DNA from: the human T2T-CHM13v2.0 reference genome, Homo sapiens
NCBI RefSeq assembly: GCF_009914755.1
Contig: NC_060926.1
DNA: 64,000 nucleotides
Direction: 5' to 3' (one strand)
Both the position numbers and the translations under genes were made by a program. Positions 53,720 through 64,000 of the stretch are shown here, one piece after another. The notes below the pieces were generated by a model, which did not search any database, had not been told where the DNA came from, and worked only from the letters and a program-made list of their open reading frames with translations. Position 1 is the first letter of the stretch. Every line of letters starts with the position of its first letter.

Positions 53720-56700
53720 CTAATTTACAGCTTTATTGAGGTATAACTCATATACCATAATATTGATCCATTTAAAGTGTACACTTTATTGGTTTTTAGT
53801 GAATTCAGAGTTGTACCACTAGTACCATAATCTATTTTTAGAACATTTTTAACACTCCAAAAAGAAACCCCATACGCATCAGCAGTGCTTCTCCATCCCC
53901 TACCCCTTACCCAGCCCCCGGCAACCATTCATCTACATTCTGTCTCCATGGATTTGTCTACTCTGGACACTTCCCACACATAGAATCATGATAAGTAATC
54001 TTTGTGACTAACTTCTTCCACTTCGCATCATGTTTTCAGGAATCATCCATGTTGCAGCACGTGGCAATGCTTCATTCCTTTTTGTAATTGACTAATATTC
54101 TATTATATGGGTATACCATATTTTATTTATACATTTATGTATATATTTACCAGTATTGGACAACTGGGCTGTTTCCACATTTTTGTTAAAACACTCCTGT
54201 ACAACTTTTTATATGGACATATGTTTTCTTTACTCTTGGGTATATACTTAGGAGAGAAATTGCCGGATCAAATGGAAACTCTGTTTATCAGTTTGAGGAA
54301 ATGCCAAACTGTTTTCCAAAGTGGCTGCATCATTTTACATTCTCACCAGCAGTGTGTGAGGATTCCAACTTCTCCACATCTTTTCAACAGTTGTTGCTGC
54401 CCACCTTCTTTTTTTAACTATAGCCACTTATAAGTGGGTATGAAGAGGTATCTCATTGTGGATTTGATTCCCATTTCCCGAATGACTAATAATGTTCAGC
54501 ATCTTTTCATGTGTTTATTGGCTACTTGTATATTGTTTTAAAGGGTTATGTAAAACTAGATTCAGGAGATACATATGCAAGTTTTGTTTCATGCATATAT
54601 TGCATAATGATGAGATTTGAGTGTTAAGTGTACCCATCACTCAAACAGTGAACAATGTACCTAATAATTTTTCAACCCTCACCTTCCACCTCCCATCCTC
54701 CCTCCCTTTGGAGTTCTCGGTGTCTATTATTTCCCTCTATATGTCCGTGCATACCCATTGTTTAACTCCTGCTTTTAAGTGAGAACATACGATATTTGAT
54801 TTTCTATTTTTGAGTTATTTCACTTAGGGTAATGTCCTCCATTTCCATCCTTATTGCTGCAAAAGACAGTATTTCATTCTATTTCATGACTGCATAGTAT
54901 TCCATGGTGTTGTGTGTGTGTACATATGTGAATATATAGAATATTTTCTTTATTAAATGATTCATTGATGGACACTTAGGTTGATTCCATATCTTTGCTA
55001 CTGTGAATAGTGCCAAAATAAATATATGATATAATGACTTATTTTCCTTTGAGCAGATACCCAGTAGTGGGATTTCTGGGTTGAATGGTAGTTCTAGTTT
55101 TAATTCTTTGACAAATCTCCATACTGTTTTCCATAGAGGTTGTACTAATTTTCATTCCCACCAACAGTGTAAAATAGTTTCCTTTTCTCCACATTTTTGT
55201 CAGCATCTTTTGATTTTAAACTTTTTAGTAATAGCCATTCTGACTGGTGTGAGACATTATCTCATTGTGGTTTGGATTTACATTTCTCTGATAATTAGTG
55301 ATGTTGAGCATTTTTTCAAATGTTTGTTGGTCACTTGTACGTCTTCTTTTGAAAAATGTCTGTTCACCTCCTTTGGCCACTTTCTAATGCAGTTGTTTTC
55401 TTCTTGCTGAGTTGTTTGAGTTCCTTGTAGACTCTGGATATTAGTCCTTTGTCAGATGCATAGCTTGCAAATATTTTCTCTCATTCTGTAGGTTGTCTGT
55501 TTATTCTATTGTTTATTTCTTTTGCTGTGCAGAAGCTTTTTAGTTTAATTAAGTCCTATTTGTCTATTTTTGTTTTGTTGCATTGGCTTTTGAGGTCTTA
55601 GTCATAAATTCTTTGCCTAGGCCTATGTCCAGAAGAGTATTTCCAAGGTTTTCTTCTAGGATTTTTATAGTTTCAGGTCTTACACTTAAATCTTTAATCC
55701 ATCTTGAGTTAATTTTTATATATGGTGAGAGGTAGGGGTCCAGTTTCATTCTTCTACATATGGCTTTCTAGTTTTCCCAGCACCACTTATATATTAGGGT
55801 GTCATTTCCCCATTGTATATTTTTGACAACTGTGTCAAAATTCAGTTGATTGTAGGTATGTGCCTTTATTTCTGGGTTCTGTATTTTCTTCCATTAATCT
55901 ATGTGTCTGTTTTTGTACCAGTACCATGCTGTTTTGGCCAGTATAGCCTTGTAGTATAATTTGAAGTCATGTAATGTGATACCTCCAGCTTTGCATGTCT
56001 TTTTAAGAGAAATATCTGTATTCCAAATATCAATTCAGATTTTTGTCCATTTTAATTGGGTGATTTGGTTTTTATTATTGAGTTCTAAGAGTTTTTTTTA
56101 TATATTCTGGTTAGAAGTTCCTTGTCACATATAATATTTGCAAATATTTTCTCCTATTTCATGGGGCTTTTTTTCTTTCCTGCTAATATCCTTTGAGGCA
56201 CATTTTTTTTTAAATTTTACTGATGTCCAAGCTATCTGTTTTTTTATTGTTGCTTATGGTTTTGATGTCAGATCTGAAACTATTGCTTAATCCAAGGCAG
56301 TGAAGATTTACTTCTATTATGGAAGTTTTATAATTTTAGCTCTTACATTTAGGTCTATAATTCATTTTAAGGGTTTTTTTGGTAGGTTTGAGATAGGAAT
56401 CCGAATTTCCTCTTTTATACATGAATCTCCAATTATCCTAACATTATTTGTTGAGAAGATTATTCTTTTTCTCACAGAACTGTTTTGGCTCCCTTGTCAA
56501 AAGTCTATTGACTATAAGTGAGAGAATTCATTTCTGCACTCTTAATTCTCTACCTGTGATGTATATGTCTAGCCTTATGTCAGCACAGTACTATCTTGAT
56601 TACTATAGATTTATAGTAGGTTTGAAATTGGAGGTGTGAATCTTCCAACTTCATTCTTTATTTTCAAGATGATTTGGCTGTTTTTGATATCTTGCATTTC

Positions 56701-57015
56701 CATATGGAAATTCATATGAATTTTGAGATCAACTTATAAATGTCTGCAAAAAAATCCAACTGGGAGATTGCATTGAGTTTGTAGATCAATCTGGGGAGTA
56801 GTGCCATCTTAACAATGCTCAGTCTTCTGGTCCATGAAAATTTGATGTCTTTCCATTTATTCAAGTCTTAATTTCTTTCAACAATGTTTTATAAGTTTTA
56901 GTGTACAACTCTTGTACTTCATTTTCTAAATTTATTCCTAGATGTTTTATTCTTTTTGTTCTATCATAAGTGGGAGTACTTTCTTAATTACAGTTTGGAT
57001 TGTTTATTGCATTGT
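53720..57015 (-). mobile_element. L1MB-type element, interrupted at ~54540-55992 by a younger L1
   Basis: acagctttattgaggtataa, aaagaaacccc, tgccaaactgttttccaaagtggctg; resumes at ~55993 and continues through ORF2 remnants. Confidence 0.85.
54540..55992 (-). mobile_element. L1PA16/L1PB-type 5'-truncated L1
   Basis: tagattcaggag..acat..gcaag 3' end; ORF 55564..55749 ([34 protein letters not shown]) is L1 ORF2; degenerate TSD ttgtatattgtttta / ttgcatgtcttttta. Confidence 0.9.
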
Positions 57016-58293
57016 ATCTCCTTTTAGCTTCAAATTGAAAAACTAGTTCGTATTTCCTTCATTCATTCTAACTTTTTTGTTCTTTGCTTTAAAAGATGCA
57101 TTTTTATTTTAGCTGTAATATATTTTCTAGTTTTATTTTTAAATCTTTTTATTAAGTCATGAAAAGACTCATAGGGTTGTATACAGTATATCTGAATTAA
57201 ACAAATTGAGATGCTTAGCCTCCTCAATTAAATCACTTAGAATAAATTATAAGACTTCCATCATCTTTCACCAGCACTCATTAAACACTTCCTAAATGTA
57301 CAAAACTAACAATATCTTAGCTTCCCACATTTGCTGACAATGCATGCAACTCCATCAACAAGCAAACTGCATTTAACTCCTATAACCTCAGAAAAACACA
57401 GTTATTAAGAGACCAAAACATAAATACCCTCATCATTTCAAGCTTGTTGCTTAATATTTGCATTTCATTCCATTAAAGGAATAATTTCCATTGACTGCCA
57501 AAATGAACAAACCATTGCACCATAAAGCCACATTTTAATTTTACTTTAAGGGGACTCCATGCAAACCCTTTTGAAGGCACTACTCTACTATTGCCTTTTA
57601 AAATTATGCTAACATTGTTGAAGGTATAAAATATAATTATTTGTCTCAGAAGAGAAATAAAAGAAATTGTGGTTACTTTGTCTTTTCCTTAGAAATATAA
57701 TATGAATTCAAACTAAAGAAGTCAAATTAGGTGAGTGGCTCTTAAAAACTTTGAGAATCAGGGGAAATTAAAATACATTTAATTTGCAGAGATTTTTTTA
57801 GCCTAATTTGAAGGATTCTTGATTATTCTAAAGCCAAGCCATGGAAGAAATGGACCTCAAAGTAAAAATCTTCCATAAAATAATAGTTGAGTTAGATATG
57901 CAACTTTTGTAGGTAAATTCCCTGGCATATATGAACAAATAAACATTTCTGTGAACAAAAAAAAAACTGAGCTCAGAGAAGGAAAAGGACACCGAAGTCT
58001 TGGACCTACTGACTTCTGTGTCCAGAGGGACACAAAAATGGGAAAGAGTTTGACATCAAGTATACATCAGGCACCAAAAGCTTTCCATAAATGTTGGGAG
58101 ACAAAGGCCAGCCAGCTTACTTCATGAAAACATAGTCTGGGAAAAGGGTCCCTCAATCTTGAAGAAGGATTGTGAAAACTAATTACTGCCTGGGGTCACA
58201 GCTTACATAGGATGTTGATCTGCATAGTAGAAGGAAAGACAGTCTGAAAGATAGGTCTTGAACCAAGTCACTTGATAGCTCAGCTTCATCTGA

Positions 58294-58642
<349 letters not shown>

Positions 58643-59301
58643 CCCCAGTTTTATATTATAGAATAGATGCCTCAAGTAACTCATAAAACCTAGTTCTAGT
58701 TGGGGTGTCTGGTAAGCTTCCCAGAGGCATCCATAAATCCTCTAGGTGAGGAGAAGTGTGCACAGAGATGAGAGGAAGCTCCAATTCAAGATGAAATTGA
58801 CAGTTTAAAGCACACAAAACTAAGAAGACAAGCAAAATAAAAAATACAGATAATTCAACATCAAACAAACGAAAACAATGAAAAGCTAAAACTGACAGTA
58901 AAAAGAAATAAAAACCAAAACATAAAATAGAATACCAATCATAAAAAGGATGAGAAATATGATACAAGAACAGGCAAATAAGAAACAAAAACAAATGTAT
59001 AGGAAGAAGATCTACTATAAATCTACAGAAAAAAACTACGGTCTAAAATGAAATGCCAATAAGACAAAATCTAGAAAAGACAATCAAAGGGATAATTAAT
59101 GAATTAAAAACTTATGCTGATGAATCCACCTAGAATAAAGCACAGAGAGAAAAGTTGAAGAGAAAAAATATCCATTCAAAGTCTCCAAAATGTATCCAAG
59201 GAATTCTGAAAAGAGAAAATAGAATAACATAGAACAAATATCCTAAGAGATAAGGGCTGAGAAATTTTCAAAACAGAAGAACATGTGAAAAATACTATAC
59301 A

Positions 59302-59600
<299 letters not shown>

Positions 59601-60056
59601 GAAAAATGCTCTGCATATCAACATGTATACTATTAAAACCATAAAAACCTCAAGTGAAAGACAAAATCCTAACACATATGAGAGATGTTTTTTAAATGAC
59701 ATAAAATGAAATCCTATTAGAGAGCTAGACTGCCAGGATATTTCTAGTTAGCAAAAATTAATGAATGAACACAAGACAATGATGTAATCAAAGTGTTTAC
59801 AGCAAATAACTGTGAACTTAGAATTTCAAATTGAGCTAAAACATAATCCAAGAATGAGGGAAAAATAAAAACTTTTTAGACTTACTAAAAACACACGTTT
59901 TTACCTTCCCCAGACACTCACTAAAATAATGAAGGATATACTTTAGCAAAAAATGAGAGAGAAGGAGTAGAATATAGGAGATTCCAGTAAGCAAAGACAT
60001 GGATCAAACATGTTTATAAATCTAATTATCTATTGCCATTAAAAATAGCAATTGAA

Positions 60057-60368
60057 GGCCAGGCACAGTGGCTCATACCTATAATGCCAGCACTTTGGGA
60101 GGCTGAGGCAGGTGGATCACCTGAGGTTGTGAGTTCAAGTCCAGCCTAGCCAACATGGTGAAACCCCATCACTGCTAAAAACACAAAAATTAGCCAGGCG
60201 TGGTGGCATGCACCTGTAATTCCAGCTACTCGGGAGGCTGAGGCATGAAAATCTCTTAAACCCAGGAGGTGGAGGTGCAGCAAGCCGAGATTGGCTACTG
60301 CACTCCAGCCTGGGTGACAGCACAAGACTCTGTCTCAAAAAAAAAAAAAAAAAAAGAAAGAAAAAAAA
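60057..60368 (+). mobile_element. AluS (Sx/Sz-like)
   Basis: ggatcacctgaggt...gccaacatggtgaaacccc; A tail. Confidence 0.95.
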
Positions 60369-61194
60369 TCACAGTGGGTTTCAATGGGTAAGGGAAACAC
60401 GATAAGGTCTTAGTGTTATTTTTAAAGGGTATAAAGATACTAAATAAATCTTATTCTTTGTTATAAATATATAAGTATTTTATATATATAGACATTAAAA
60501 TTAATATGCATGTCACAAATTATAAGGTAACCACTAAACAAATAACAAAATTATCAAATCAAATCCAAGCAGAGGGGTAGAAATAAAAAACATAAAAAAT
60601 TAAATCCTTTTGAAGGTAACTTCATGAATTTTTGTCTCATTGTCTTTCCTACTTTGTTAAAACTTTTAATTGAAAAATATAATAATATGATAAATTTAAA
60701 ATCACAATATTTTAAATGGAAAAGAGAAAAGTAAAAGGATTCAACTAAAGTTGGGAACTACATAAATGAGAACAAAACATGAGAGCAACATTCACAGAGA
60801 AAATAGCCTAATTTAGTAATAAAATTAAATCAAAGATGGCTACAATAATTTAAATACATTTTATGCAATATATGGTAATTACATCACGATCCTTCAAACT
60901 CATTATATGCTCATACAGCCTTTAGAAAAATCATTGCCAAGATTATTTAAAGAAACATTCCTGACTGTATACATAATATGTGGACTGGAGGCAAAGAAAG
61001 CATCATAAGCATCTTTGCTCCTTTAGGACTTGGCTGAGTTCTCAGCAATGGTAGACAGTTAATAATTTTTTGTTGAATAAATGTTTGCCAAAAAAAAAAT
61101 AAGAAAAAGAGTAAAACAAAAAAATTAGTGTTAACATTGGGCTGTAACTACATGATATTGACTAAGAAGTTTATAAAGGAGATTTTTTTTTTTA

Positions 61195-61620
61195 AGTGTC
61201 AGATCTTTCACAAAATAGAGAGGGCTGGGAGCTAGGCTGAGGACTAAGTCGCCATAAACAATGCCCCAAACCACTTTGCAAAACTAGGCTGAGGAGGAAG
61301 CTGCTACTGCTGCTGCCTCCAAAACAGTTTCTCCCATGAACTCCCTCAATAAAATGTCCCCACCTGTTCAATAAAATGGAAGGGTTTGCACGGGATTGTT
61401 TGCACACTTGACTCACTTCAGGACTGAATTCTCTCACATGGTACATCTGGTTGGTGGAGCTGAGATCATATGCCTGCATCCCAGCTGTGAGGCTGAAAAT
61501 TTGAGTTCTGGTTTCAATGTTGGGGAGGAGATGGTTATATCATGGGGATGTCCCTAAACATAGAAAAGCTGTTCATGAGATCACAAGCAGTCACGAACAT
61601 GACGAATGTCTATGACAATA
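61195..61620 (-). mobile_element. Old MaLR LTR (late MLT1-like)
   Basis: catctggttggtggagct...catatgcctgcatcccagctg..aggctg. Confidence 0.45.
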
Positions 61621-62214
61621 CAGTTACAAAAATGGGAATGCATACTCCATAATTCTCCACCTACAGCTACGTACTAAGTATAATTTAATGTCATTAAGTA
61701 TTCTTCCACAGTACCATATTTGAGGACTGCCCAGTATCTCATTAATTGGATGTCCTATAATCCTATAATGTGTTTTAGCTACTCCTTATTGGACATGTAG
61801 GTGGTTTCCAAATTATAGTAGCTTAACTTTGGGAAAATCCACGATCATTTGCTTCAGGTAAACGGGGAGAGATTGCTAATGTCCTCCACCACTACCCTGT
61901 CATCCCACGCTATCCAGTTTTAAACCTTCCTTAGCCTTCAAGTAGCAAACCTCAGAACATGCCGCCATATTTCACAGTGCCAGTGAAATCGCAGTTCTCC
62001 TTTCCTCCCTGCTCACATAACCAGCAGTGGCTCCAGTGTTTGCACAGACTACCTTGACATCTTTTACACTGTGATCTTCATCCCATCACCATTTGAGGGG
62101 TCCATCTGAATAGCTATGTATTACGTTCTTGTCATCTCCTGGAAATTCTTAAACTCTGCAGACTATACTTCTGATACTCCCTTCACGATAAAATCTGAAG
62201 GTCTTCTACTTCTG

Positions 62215-62880
62215 GTGCAGTATTGGCATATGGATAAAATCAGGAGTTTTAAGGTGGTGATATAAAATCACTTAAGTTAGCTTCTCTGGTCTCTACTTTT
62301 CTTATTTATAAAATGGAAATAACAACACTATGTATACCATAGGTAGGATCATAATACTATTTACCTTGTAGATTGTTATAAGTATTAAATGAGATCATTT
62401 ATATGAAGTATGATATGGTTTAAATGTTTTGTCCCCTCCAAATCTCATGTTGAAATGTGACCTCCAATGTTGGAGGGGGGACCTAGTGGGAGGTATTTGG
62501 GTCAAAAGTGTGGATCACTCATAAATGGCTTGGTACTGTCCTTGCAGTAATGTGTGAGTTCTGATTCTATGAGTTAACATGAGATCTGGTTGTTTAAAAG
62601 ACCTGGGGCCTCCTCCCTCTCTCTCTTGTTCACTCTCTCGCCATGTGATATACCGGCTCCCCCTTTGTCTTCCACCATGATTGTAAGCTCCTGAGGTCTC
62701 ACCAGAAGCCAAGCAGATGCTGGCACCATGCTTGTACAACCAGCAGAACTGTGACCCAATTAAACTTCTTCTCTTTATAAATTACCCAGCCTCTGGTATT
62801 CCTTTATAGCAATGCAAAATGGACTAATACAAGGTACTCAGCACAGTACCAAGTAAGTGTACGAGAAATGTTAGCTATTC
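62215..62880 (+). mobile_element. MIR split by an MSTB LTR
   Basis: ttttcttatttataaaatggaaataac...attaaatgagatcat, resuming after the LTR with tcagcacagtacc...aaatgttagctatt. Confidence 0.75.
62411..62831 (+). mobile_element. MSTB MaLR solo LTR
   Basis: tgatatggttt...gtcccctccaaatctcatgttgaaat...ccatgattgtaagct...ctttataaattaccca...ggactaataca; TSD aagta/aggta. Confidence 0.92.
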
Positions 62881-63679
62881 AAAGTAACCAGATAAAATTG
62901 TCTCTTTTTGTAGGTCACTGGAAGCTTCACATCCAATAGTATTATTTCAGTCTGATATTATCACTTCTAAGTTTCAAAAATGAAATTTTCATCAGCACCA
63001 AAACCTCTAGTCTATTGACTAGCATTGTGGTCCCAGGCCTTTGGCTTTCTCCATCTTTATTTCCCCTGTGGGAAATGAAGGTCTACCAAAAGACCTACAA
63101 AATCTACCAAATTTGGGGTCTAGAAAATCAGCCTCACATGCTCCTTATGAAAACTGTATCTTTATTTCCCTAAAAACAATCAATACTTATTTCTTCCTTT
63201 GTGTGTCTACAACTTGTTCCCCTTCTGGGGTACTTCATTCAGTCTTGGAGTATTACAGTGTGGACTCACAAGCAAGTGGTAGGTGTTTGCTTGTCTGTCT
63301 TTCCCACTAGATTGGTTCCCCTCAAGAACAGAAGCCACAGCTCATTTATCTGGTTATCTCTATCCCAGTACTGAATATCTAGAACAAGCTTATCTTGTTT
63401 GAAATGAAGTTAAACTACTGAGCAATGGATTTCTTTGCAAATAACTTATGCTGCTTCATGACTACTTAGAAATAGCTGATGATTTGTATCTTAACAGCGT
63501 TGATTTGTATCTTGAATTAAAATTGCCATGTCTGGAAACTGATGCACCCAGAGAAAAACTGAGATTTCATTCCTCTTTTATATTACCTTTGGTTACCTCA
63601 GGTTACTTATTTGGAAAAAAATAAATCTCTTTTTCATTATTCCATGAAACATTCCTTCAGAATATTCTATTATTAAAAT

Positions 63680-64000
63680 ATATACAAATATACACGTGTA
63701 TACACAAACACACACAATATATCATTCTTTTTAAAAAGTAATCATGAATATCTTCTTAAAGTAAGAAGTTAAAATTATGTAGAAACCTACATGGAAAATA
63801 CATGTACATATTTAATATGTAAGCTTTTTAATAAACATAAATGATACCCTATTATACATATTTCTTGACAATTTGATTTTTTCCCCACTTAATAATATGT
63901 CACAGAGGTCTTTCCATGTCAAGATACCAATAGCTCTTCTTCAATTCTTTAATGATGACTCGGGCTCCATGGTGTGAATGGAGTATTATTTGTTTGATTT
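63680..64000 (-). mobile_element. Old L1ME 3' region
   Basis: cacttaataatatgtcacagaggtctttccatgtcaa...ttctttaatg. Confidence 0.6.

Overview
Primate (human-like) non-coding nuclear DNA: AT-rich, CpG-depleted and dense in interspersed repeats (Alu J/S/Y, nested L1 3' ends, MIR/L2 relics, solo LTRs of the MER4, LTR33, MLT1 and MST families, MER5/MER20/MER58/MER102/Tigger4 DNA-transposon relics) plus microsatellites. I can support no protein-coding gene, RNA gene or CpG island. The ORF track is explained by chance ORFs, Alu or simple-repeat ORFs and decayed L1 ORF2. I cannot name the locus, and I see no clear new biological system. The most unusual signals are local sequence-copying scars. (1) A complex foldback plus ~80-bp insertion at 50480-50720, templated from the GGAA tract 5 kb upstream. 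(2) An ungapped 172-bp duplication of non-TE-looking sequence (9069/10040). (3) A perfect 26-bp dispersed copy (20715/22013). (4) Several perfect tandem duplications. There are also two long GGAA microsatellites and a few candidate non-coding exons. Repeat family names come from recalled consensus sequences, so subfamilies and old-repeat boundaries are approximate.
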